Shown here: positions 17,318 to 24,036 of the stretch, in pieces
Layout of the letters: each line of letters starts with the position of its first letter
Numbering within the stretch: the first letter of the stretch is position 1
Virus record (IMG/VR): IMGVR_UViG_3300032257_000093
Coordinates: 1-24,036 of that record
Length of the DNA stretch: 24,036 nt
Source of the DNA: a virus
Lineage: Duplodnaviria > Caudoviricetes
Strand: one strand, 5' to 3'
The notes under the pieces: generated by a model
The model's input: only the letters and a program-made list of their open reading frames with translations
Told to the model about the DNA's origin: nothing
Database searches by the model: none
Made by a program: the position numbers and the translations under genes

Positions 17318-18082
17318 GTGTCTATTGTTACAAAGCCAGAGACAGCAACAGATGTGCGTGGGGCTTTAATTGGTTACAATAACCTTTTGACAGCATCAAC
17401 AACAAGCGCAGCCGAAAAAGCGTTGATTGGGAATACTTGGGAAAGGTATCGACCGTCAAGCGGCGCGTTAACAGTTAAGTTTCAAATGGGTAGCTCTGCG
17501 GACGTTGATTTTATCGGAATAGCGGCACACAATTTTAAAGATGAGACATTATTGATATCGACAGCCGCAACAATAGGTGGCGCGCTAACTGATGTTGAGT
17601 CTATTAGCCCGACTGATAACAGGGCGATTATGATTGAGTTTGATACCCGTAACATTCAAGAAATCGCTATAACAGGAACATTAGTGGCGGCTAGTGAGCT
17701 TGGTTATATTTCAGTAGGTGAGGCTCTTAGAATGCCGCGCAACATTTACGGCGGTCACTCACCAATAGCGCTAAGTAATAAAACTGATTATCAATCAACA
17801 ACAAGCGAAACCGGCCAGTTTTTGGGTCGTACAATAACAAGCGAGGGCGGCAGTTCATCGTTCGAGTGGTCGCTGCTTGATCCATATTGGATGCGCAACA
17901 CGTTTGATTTATTTATTCAGTCAGCAAAAAGATACCCTTTCTTTATTAAATGGCGTCCCGACTTATTTTGCGATGAGACTGCGTTTGGCTTTTCGACTGG
18001 CGATATTAAGCCGTCAAACAGCGGTGGCGGCCTTGATAAAATGTCAGTAAGTTTTAATATGAATTCACATGAAGATGTTTAA
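17318..18082 (+). CDS. Distal tail (Dit-like) / minor tail protein
   Basis: GTG start with GGAG upstream; 'D.IGIAAHN', 'SETGQFLGR.I' and 'PFFI.WRP' motifs; position before the tail tip gene. Confidence 0.72.
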   Translation: MSIVTKPETATDVRGALIGYNNLLTASTTSAAEKALIGNTWERYRPSSGALTVKFQMGSSADVDFIGIAAHNFKDETLLISTAATIGGALTDVESISPTDNRAIMIEFDTRNIQEIAITGTLVAASELGYISVGEALRMPRNIYGGHSPIALSNKTDYQSTTSETGQFLGRTITSEGGSSSFEWSLLDPYWMRNTFDLFIQSAKRYPFFIKWRPDLFCDETAFGFSTGDIKPSNSGGGLDKMSVSFNMNSHEDV

Positions 18083-20401
18083 ATGAGTTTTGACGGAGAG
18101 AAAACAAAGATAGGGCGAGAGCGAATTGATGTTGTAGAAATTGATTTAGATTCATGCTCATTAACTCACGGTTCATCGCCTTGCACAGCTACTGAAACGG
18201 GCGATGCTAAATGTTTTAATACGTTAGAAACTTGTAACGATTTAGCTAACTACGCAAGCACCACAAAAACCTATAAATTTTGCACTAATAGAAGTCCACA
18301 CCCGATAGGTTTGGACGCTATACCTTCATTGACTAGTGTAAGCACATCACCAAGTAAAATCGATATAACGGGCGGGTTGGGCGTTCGCGCTAGTGTAAGC
18401 TTGAATTTCAACGACCATCCAAGCTCTGATATTGATATCGACGATTATCTAACCGATAGGACTTATGACGCCTTTGAACGCGCTACATTTTGGACAAAGC
18501 TTAGAGCTAGAAACCCGAATTACCAGTTTAGAGAGTTACGGTTATTATCTGGTTATCTGGTTGATGGTGAATATATAGCAGCAAATTTTTTAACTAGAAC
18601 CTATTTAATTGAAAGTTTAAACGCTTCAAACGGTCGATGTTCAATCACAGCAAAAGATCCTTTAAAGCTTGCAGGTAAGAATAAATCACAAGCGCCAGCG
18701 CCAAGTACGGGTTTGTTAAACGCAGCTATAAACGACTCAGTAACCAGTTTAACTTTAACCCCTAGCGGGATCGGTAATGATGAATATCCCGCCTCCGGTT
18801 GGGTTTGCATAAAATCAGAGGTAATGAGCTTTACACGTTCAGCCGATGTTTTAACAATCGTAAGAGCGCAATATAACACCGTGGCAATAAGTCACAGCGC
18901 TAATGATACGGTTCAATTATGTCTTGAATATTCAGGAGCTACGCGTGGAGCGCTTGACTTTATCGTTGATGATTTACTGGTGAATTTTGCCGGAGTTAGT
19001 TCCTCATTTATCCCTACCGCATCATGGAGCGCAGAAGTCAGCACTTACTTGTCTGGATTACTCGACACGATAATTACAAAGCCGCATGACGTGAATAAAT
19101 TACTAAAAGAGTTGACCGCCTCAATGCCTCACTATTTATCGTGGGACGAATACAACTCTCAAATAGACTTAACCGCACTGAAAGCGCCACCAACTAGCGC
19201 TGCGGTTTTAGATATGGACGGCTACCTAGTTAAAGATAAAACAAGCAATAAAGATTTAATTGATATGAGAAAATCAACAATCTTTGTTAATTTTGGACAA
19301 TTTGATCCAACAAAAAAACTGGATGAATTCTCAAACTACCAGCAGACTCATGCTAGGATAGATACAGATTCAATCGCTAAGTACTCATCGAGTGCGGTAG
19401 AAACAATTAATTCAAGGTGGATAAGTAACACTAACAAAGCGGCGGCGCTTCAACTGGCGGCTTTAAAAGGCCGTAGATTCTCAAATATTCCGCGTTCAAT
19501 TGGTTTTACATTAGACGCTAAAGATTCAGACGTTAGAGCGGGGCAAACAAAGTCAATTAATCATCGTGATATCGTCGATGCCACAGGTTTACCAGTTGAT
19601 ACAGTCTTTCAAATTATCAGCGCGCGCGAGTCAGGTGATTACAGTTTCGAGGCCGTTGAGTATTCTTACGGCGAAGCACTACCAGAGGATGAGGGCGGAG
19701 GCGATCCAGATGTTGACTTGATTATTATTTCAATAAGTGATCAAAATATTAACTTAAGGACTATTTACAACAGTCTATTTCCAACGCCAGACGCGACAAC
19801 GGAGGCAAAGTTTGTTGTTGAAAACGGGGTAATAATTGGCGGCGCAACTTTATCAAGCACAAGTTTAGATACTGGTAGCTGGCCTAGCGGCGCAATCGTC
19901 ACACTACAAACAAATACTGGCTCTTATGTTATTGGGCGAGGCGGTAACGGCGGCGGTGTAACAACTCCGGCAGCGGAAGCGGGCAGTTTAGCAATAATAC
20001 TTAACCATGATATGACGTTAATCAATAACGGTATTATTGGCGGCGGTGGTGGTGGTGGTGGATATGATAAAGACGGTTCAGCAGATGCGGCTGGTGGTGG
20101 TGGTGCGGGTAACGATGTCGGCACAAAAGGCACTGGCACAGCTTGGGGTGGTAGCGGTTCAGCCGATGTATTCACAAGTCCAGATGATGGGACAACGGAA
20201 TTAGGCGGTGCAGGTGGTCGAGTAGTTAGGACATCATCATCACCGGAGTACATAGCGAGCGCAGGCGCGGGAGGTGACTTAGGCGCGGCGGGTACAACGG
20301 CAATCGGTACAGGTGGCGCAGCGGGTGACGCGATAGATAAAAACGGGTACACACTTACAGAAACAACAACGGGCGATATTCGAGGCTCAATAATCACTTA
20401 A
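18083..20401 (+). CDS. Tail tip / baseplate hub protein with a C-terminal glycine-rich adhesin-like domain
   Basis: 772 aa; Cys-rich N-terminus, 'GLG.RA.V...F.D.P', 'TFW.KL.ARNP.Y' and 'I.AKDPLK' motifs; C-terminal 'IGRGGNGG...NNGIIGGGGGGGG...GGGGAG'. Confidence 0.8.
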   Translation: MSFDGEKTKIGRERIDVVEIDLDSCSLTHGSSPCTATETGDAKCFNTLETCNDLANYASTTKTYKFCTNRSPHPIGLDAIPSLTSVSTSPSKIDITGGLGVRASVSLNFNDHPSSDIDIDDYLTDRTYDAFERATFWTKLRARNPNYQFRELRLLSGYLVDGEYIAANFLTRTYLIESLNASNGRCSITAKDPLKLAGKNKSQAPAPSTGLLNAAINDSVTSLTLTPSGIGNDEYPASGWVCIKSEVMSFTRSADVLTIVRAQYNTVAISHSANDTVQLCLEYSGATRGALDFIVDDLLVNFAGVSSSFIPTASWSAEVSTYLSGLLDTIITKPHDVNKLLKELTASMPHYLSWDEYNSQIDLTALKAPPTSAAVLDMDGYLVKDKTSNKDLIDMRKSTIFVNFGQFDPTKKLDEFSNYQQTHARIDTDSIAKYSSSAVETINSRWISNTNKAAALQLAALKGRRFSNIPRSIGFTLDAKDSDVRAGQTKSINHRDIVDATGLPVDTVFQIISARESGDYSFEAVEYSYGEALPEDEGGGDPDVDLIIISISDQNINLRTIYNSLFPTPDATTEAKFVVENGVIIGGATLSSTSLDTGSWPSGAIVTLQTNTGSYVIGRGGNGGGVTTPAAEAGSLAIILNHDMTLINNGIIGGGGGGGGYDKDGSADAAGGGGAGNDVGTKGTGTAWGGSGSADVFTSPDDGTTELGGAGGRVVRTSSSPEYIASAGAGGDLGAAGTTAIGTGGAAGDAIDKNGYTLTETTTGDIRGSIIT

Positions 20402-20417
20402 ACCAAAAAGGGAAATT

Positions 20418-21413
20418 ATGCGAATTTTAATAATATTTCTATTGATTTCAACTCAAGTTAGCGCTAAAAATTATATTCATCTTGGAATGTGGAGTAAACA
20501 TTTTAGTGATAGTGGGTTAAATGAAAGGCATAATTTAATCGGCATAGAGATAGATAATAATTTTATCTACAAGTTCAAAAACTCGCATAATGATACAGCT
20601 TACTATGCCGGAAAAATCAAACGTGACGGGGTATGTTCTGGTAAATTATGCCTTGGCTATAGCTATGGAGTGATGCAGGGGTACGAGTTTTCCAACGTCA
20701 CGCCCATTGTTTTTGGTGTTATATCTTACGAAGTTGACGGTATTGGCGCTGATATTACATGCTTACCGAAAGTTGTATGCGCTATTCAATTTAAATTTTC
20801 CGATGAGGTTTTTGATTGGACTGGTATTGATGCACCTTGGGATAGTGAGGGTTATTTTGAGATATCTTTAGATCACTACGATCCAGATTATAGCAACTTG
20901 CTTGGGTTCGATAAGAATAACGGCGTAAGTTATGATTTTAAACTTTACACAACCGATTCAACCTACATGAAAGCCAATTACACGACAACCGTGTCAAATA
21001 CAGCGCTAGAGCGCGGTACGTATGTATCAAGGCGAGAGAATCCACCCAGTAAAATTTATTCACAAGGCGCTATCGAGCTATGGAATGAATACGATAATTA
21101 TAATTTAGGTGTTTCTTACAATCAGATATTTATACAAAGAAATATCACTAACCAAGATACCGGCATTTTCTCAGCTCACAAAAAATCACATCATACCGGC
21201 ATTGGCTTACATATAAGTAAGAGCTTTATGCCGTCCGAAAACATAGAGATATACACCGAGGTTGCTATTATTGAGCGCTCTGTTGTTGATCTAAAAATGA
21301 TTGGTGAAATAAAATACAAACTCAACGAGCAATACAGCTTGATACTAAGGACGGTCGATTGGGAGCGTGTAAACTATTCTCAATATCAACTAGGTCTAAG
21401 ATATAATTTCTAA
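20418..21413 (+). CDS. Secreted outer-membrane protein: PagP-like beta-barrel fused to a second beta-barrel
   Basis: Signal peptide MRILIIFLLISTQVSA; PagP-like motifs H28, NERH, FKNSHN, LGYSYGV, TxLP, QFKF; C-terminal beta-signal YQLGLRYNF. Confidence 0.72.
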   Translation: MRILIIFLLISTQVSAKNYIHLGMWSKHFSDSGLNERHNLIGIEIDNNFIYKFKNSHNDTAYYAGKIKRDGVCSGKLCLGYSYGVMQGYEFSNVTPIVFGVISYEVDGIGADITCLPKVVCAIQFKFSDEVFDWTGIDAPWDSEGYFEISLDHYDPDYSNLLGFDKNNGVSYDFKLYTTDSTYMKANYTTTVSNTALERGTYVSRRENPPSKIYSQGAIELWNEYDNYNLGVSYNQIFIQRNITNQDTGIFSAHKKSHHTGIGLHISKSFMPSENIEIYTEVAIIERSVVDLKMIGEIKYKLNEQYSLILRTVDWERVNYSQYQLGLRYNF

Positions 21414-21443
21414 TTAATCAATTAATTTATTTTCAATCAATAC

Positions 21444-21472
21444 TTGCAATTATTAATATACCCGCGTATAGT
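21444..21472 (+). promoter_or_regulatory. Sigma70-type promoter of the early-type operon
   Basis: TTGCAA (21444-21449), 17-bp spacer, TATAGT (21467-21472); AT-rich UP-like tract upstream; RBS AAGGG before ATG 21505. Confidence 0.8.
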
Positions 21473-21504
21473 TAATTCATCGACACAAACTAAGGGCAAA
21501 AACG

Positions 21505-21792
21505 ATGGCTATTATAGTTCACTTAAACGGCGATAACTGGAAAACGCACAGCGCAGAGTATATTAAGTTTAATGACGCGGATATGAGCGATTGGAATGTA
21601 AAAAAAGCGTTTCAAAATTTCATTAGTAAAGGCTTTAATAATGTTAACTGTGTCATGGAAGATACTCAAAGCCCTAGAGAGGCATCTACACGCTGGACAA
21701 AACCTTACACCTATAATCAGAACGGCGATGTTATACCTTTTGTGTATGATGATTCGTTTCGTCGGGATGATATGGCTGCCTATTATAACTAA
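21505..21792 (+). CDS. Hypothetical early protein
   Basis: 95 aa, first ORF after the promoter. Confidence 0.75.
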   Translation: MAIIVHLNGDNWKTHSAEYIKFNDADMSDWNVKKAFQNFISKGFNNVNCVMEDTQSPREASTRWTKPYTYNQNGDVIPFVYDDSFRRDDMAAYYN

Positions 21793-21823
21793 CCAACCGA
21801 CCCGAAAAGGGTAAGGATAACCA

Positions 21824-22003
21824 ATGGCAAATAAGAAAGGCAGTAAACGCAAGAAGTTCGAAGATCTACGCATTCCTATGACTATGACCGTAAAACCGGC
21901 CACTAGAGCTTTATTGGATGCATGGGGAGCGTCAAGAGGCGTTACCGTTGATAAGCTCGTAGAAGAACATAACGAGCGTTTAAGGTTTAATTCGCAGGGG
22001 TAA
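21824..22003 (+). CDS. Ribbon-helix-helix-like DNA-binding protein (59 aa)
   Basis: Read manually: MANKKGSKRKKFEDLRIPMTMTVKPATRALLDAWGASRGVTVDKLVEEHNERLRFNSQG; basic arm, alternating beta strand, then two helices; RBS AAGGA. Confidence 0.65.
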   Translation: MANKKGSKRKKFEDLRIPMTMTVKPATRALLDAWGASRGVTVDKLVEEHNERLRFNSQG

Positions 22004-22006
22004 TGT

Positions 22007-22090
22007 ATGGATGACGAAGATATTGCAGTAATGGTCGAGCTTGTTGCAGTAATTATTATTGTGGTATTAATTTTAATATTTGGAGGTTAA
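22007..22090 (+). CDS. 27-aa single-TM micropeptide
   Basis: MDDEDIAVMVELVAVIIIVVLILIFGG; AGGGG upstream. Confidence 0.5.
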   Translation: MDDEDIAVMVELVAVIIIVVLILIFGG

Positions 22091-22091
22091 T

Positions 22092-22211
22092 GTGGGACAG
22101 TCAATATTTAAAGGTAAGGGCGCAATCAGAAGTCTTATATTTGCATTTGTATTTTATGCGTTAATAATAGCAGGATTTGTTAAATTTATAGCTTGGTTAG
22201 TGGGGTATTAA
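22092..22211 (+). CDS. 39-aa single-TM micropeptide
   Basis: GTG start with GGAGG at 22082-22086; MGQSIFKGKGAIRSLIFAFVFYALIIAGFVKFIAWLVGY. Confidence 0.55.
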   Translation: MGQSIFKGKGAIRSLIFAFVFYALIIAGFVKFIAWLVGY

Positions 22212-22212
22212 A

Positions 22213-22785
22213 ATGATAACAACCTTAAATAAAATTAAAGATAAACACCCTTGCTCAGACGGATGGTCAAAGCTTTTGAAATCGCTTGGTAAAACTAAAA
22301 CAGATGACCAAGACTTAGATTTAATGCACATTTTAAAATCTAACGGTATTCAGGATGCTGTATGGACTTTACGTTGTTTTGATTATTTGGATTACTGTTT
22401 ATTTTTAGCTGATATAGCTGAAAACGTGCTACATATTTATGAAAAAAATAACGATAGTAAAGCGCCAATGTTAGCAATTAAAGCAATTAGGGATTATAAG
22501 AAAGGCGTTATCACAAAAGCGCAATTGAGTAATGCTTATACTGCTGCTGCTGATGCTGCTTATACTGCTGCTGATGCTGCTGCTGATGCTTATGCTGATG
22601 CTGATGCTGCTGCTGATGCTGATGCTGATGCTGCTTATGCTGCTGCTGATGATGCTGCTTATGCTGCTTATGCTGCTGATGCTGCTGCTTATGCTGCTGA
22701 TGCTGATGCTGCTGCTGCTGCTGATGCTGGATGGAGTGACGTAGAACGGTTATTTATTAAACATTTCGGAGGTGTATCAAAATGA
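22213..22785 (+). CDS. Imm5-like phage protein with an Ala/Asp/Tyr low-complexity tract
   Basis: 'TTLN.I....PC..GW.KLL..LGKT..DD..L....IL.SNG..DA.W.LR' N-terminus, then 'AD.AE.VL.I.E......P..AI.A.R.Y..G.IT..L' followed by Ala-rich repeats. Confidence 0.7.
   Translation: MITTLNKIKDKHPCSDGWSKLLKSLGKTKTDDQDLDLMHILKSNGIQDAVWTLRCFDYLDYCLFLADIAENVLHIYEKNNDSKAPMLAIKAIRDYKKGVITKAQLSNAYTAAADAAYTAADAAADAYADADAAADADADAAYAAADDAAYAAYAADAAAYAADADAAAAADAGWSDVERLFIKHFGGVSK
22534..22728 (+). repeat. Imperfect trinucleotide microsatellite (GCT/GAT/TAT/ACT) x65
   Basis: 65 consecutive codons drawn from only four T-ending codons. Confidence 0.95.
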
Positions 22786-23000
22786 ATATTACAGAGCATC
22801 GAAAAAACTACTTTCACATTGATGGAATTAGATCGACACAGAAAGACGTCATTGAAGGCCAGGAAACTGTGGAAGAATGGAAAGCTAGAACTAAGAAAGA
22901 GCCTGACGTTATCCCGCTTGGTGTAGGTAGATTCTTATCTGACTTAGAAAAAGCCAATAAGCAAAAAGAGTTTGGTAGAAATTATAAGGAGCAGTTATGA
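22782..23000 (+). CDS. Hypothetical protein
   Basis: 72 aa, RBS GGAGG, ATGA overlap. Confidence 0.75.
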   Translation: MNITEHRKNYFHIDGIRSTQKDVIEGQETVEEWKARTKKEPDVIPLGVGRFLSDLEKANKQKEFGRNYKEQL

Positions 23001-23236
23001 ATAAGCAAGAGCAAGCATTAGCTGATTTTATAAAAGATAATCCACGCGCTCAAAAGTACCAATTTATGATAGATAAGCGTTTAAGGCGCTGTAACAGCCC
23101 TCAGGCGCGTTTAAATTTAATCTATGAAATGATGATGGATTCAGCTTTAAAGCTATCAGACGCAATAAATAACGGCGTAGAGATTAACAACGCAGTACTC
23201 AAGCTAAAAGAAATACATAAACCGGAGGCAATATGA
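22997..23236 (+). CDS. DUF3135-like protein
   Basis: 'Q.YQF.ID..L.R..SP.AR...I.EMM.DS...L..A.N' pattern; RBS AAGGAG. Confidence 0.6.
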   Translation: MNKQEQALADFIKDNPRAQKYQFMIDKRLRRCNSPQARLNLIYEMMMDSALKLSDAINNGVEINNAVLKLKEIHKPEAI

Positions 23237-23502
23237 AAAATGTAATTGGTTTTGGTATTTGCGTACTAATAGTAATGAGCTTTTCTTTCGTATTACTACA
23301 TATTGACAATCAGAATAGACAGATTAAACAACTTAAATCGAATCTAAGCGAGTCATTGTGTGTAAAAGTATACAACGAAAGAGTTCAATCGGTAAGTATT
23401 CATCCTGCCAAAGCAATACCTCACCTTGGAATTGAGCCAAATCAGTTGTTGATAACGTGCGGTAGTGATGAAAAAACAGTAAACAATAACTTTGATGTAT
23501 AA
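23233..23502 (+). CDS. Membrane-anchored hypothetical protein
   Basis: N-terminal hydrophobic helix, short coiled coil and two Cys; RBS GGAGG. Confidence 0.7.
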   Translation: MKNVIGFGICVLIVMSFSFVLLHIDNQNRQIKQLKSNLSESLCVKVYNERVQSVSIHPAKAIPHLGIEPNQLLITCGSDEKTVNNNFDV

Positions 23503-23518
23503 AAATAAGGAATAAACG

Positions 23519-23710
23519 ATGCCGGACATAACTATGTGTCAAAATAAAAACTGCTCGTCGCACAATGAGTGCTACAGGTTCACTGCGGCGCCAAACCCTT
23601 TCAGGCAAAGCTACGCGAATTTCAAGCCTGATGAAAATGGACAGTGCCCAAGATTCATCAAAGAGATGAACAAGCTTTTAACCAACAATAAGGGTGGGTA
23701 TGATGAGTGA
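23519..23710 (+). CDS. Small Cys-rich (putative Zn-binding) phage protein
   Basis: MPDITMC...C.....CYRF.A......QSY...C motif, common in phage early regions; RBS AAGGA. Confidence 0.75.
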   Translation: MPDITMCQNKNCSSHNECYRFTAAPNPFRQSYANFKPDENGQCPRFIKEMNKLLTNNKGGYDE

Positions 23711-23904
23711 GAGATATAGTGTCATATTAAGGCGCGAGCTTTTAGTTGAATTTCAACTAACCGCAAATGGTGAATGGGAGGCCGGTAAAAAAGCTTTAAA
23801 GATGTATAGAGAATCCAATCCTGAAAAACCACCAATGAAGGTTCGCGATGTAAAGTTATTAGGTTTTGTGTAATGAGCTATCAACCATTTAACCAACAAT
23901 AAGG
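23677..23904 (+). repeat. 17-bp direct repeat TTTAACCAACAATAAGG (23677-23693 and 23888-23904)
   Basis: Exact match; each copy contains the RBS of the next gene. Confidence 0.85.
23700..23873 (+). CDS. Hypothetical 57-aa protein
   Basis: Read manually: MMSERYSVILRRELLVEFQLTANGEWEAGKKALKMYRESNPEKPPMKVRDVKLLGFV; AAGGG upstream. Confidence 0.55.
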   Translation: MMSERYSVILRRELLVEFQLTANGEWEAGKKALKMYRESNPEKPPMKVRDVKLLGFV

Positions 23905-23915
23905 AAAACTAAACA

Positions 23916-24036
23916 ATGAAAACACTTAAAATCATAACAATAGCAATACTATTCAGCAATTCAATAGCATTTGCAGCAGAGGCGCCGCCACCAAAACCAC
24001 CAAGAATAGTCTGTTTTGTCGATAACGGAATTAAAA
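23916..24036 (+). CDS. 3'-truncated secreted protein
   Basis: MKTLKIITIAILFSNSIAFA|AEAPPPKPPRIVCFVDNGIK...; signal peptide with an AFA cleavage site; runs off the window end. Confidence 0.65.
   Translation, partial: MKTLKIITIAILFSNSIAFAAEAPPPKPPRIVCFVDNGIK

Noticed and set aside
14838-21413. Diversity-generating retroelement targeting fibre or tip genes
   Set aside because: No reverse transcriptase and no TR/VR pair differing at adenines was seen in the window.
21412-21427. Inverted repeat AATTAAT-CA-ATTAATT as terminator or operator
   Set aside because: Pure A/T in an AT-rich tract, likely by chance, and too weak for a terminator.
1131-21903. Minus-strand ORFs (e.g. 6610-6993, 12749-13072, 14549-15052, 19924-20397, 21523-21903)
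   Set aside because: All are antisense shadows of well-supported + strand genes, often of low-complexity Ala/Gly tracts, with no recognisable motifs.
22532-22744. 70-aa poly-Leu/Met ORF in the +1 frame
   Set aside because: By-product of the GCT/GAT microsatellite; nested in a gene with a recognisable family N-terminus and lacking a good RBS.

Overview
A segment of a tailed dsDNA phage (siphovirus-type, long non-contractile tail) with all credible genes on the + strand. The host is probably a Gram-negative bacterium, inferred from an encoded outer-membrane beta-barrel. From left to right: (1) 1-3696, a cluster of fibre/decoration-like structural genes placed upstream of the terminase; (2) 3696-4138, three micro-ORFs, including an apparent deletion scar fusing a ParB-like N-terminus to the 3' half of a tRNA-Gly-like element; (3) 4138-20401, a complete morphogenesis module (TerS, TerL, portal, split gpF/gp7-like minor head protein, scaffold, major capsid, head-tail connectors, tail tube, tail chaperones with a -1 frameshift, tape measure, an inserted repeat/lectin-like fibre gene and partner, Dit-like protein, tail tip with a Gly-rich C-terminus); (4) 20418-21413, a secreted protein that looks like a PagP-like barrel fused to a second outer-membrane barrel, the most unusual gene here; (5) from 21444, a sigma70-type promoter driving an early-type operon of small genes (RHH regulator, membrane micropeptides, an Imm5-like protein with a 65-codon low-complexity tract, DUF3135-like and others). 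No integrase, lysis cassette, CRISPR array, rRNA or complete tRNA was recognised. All family assignments come from motif recognition by eye, not database searches.
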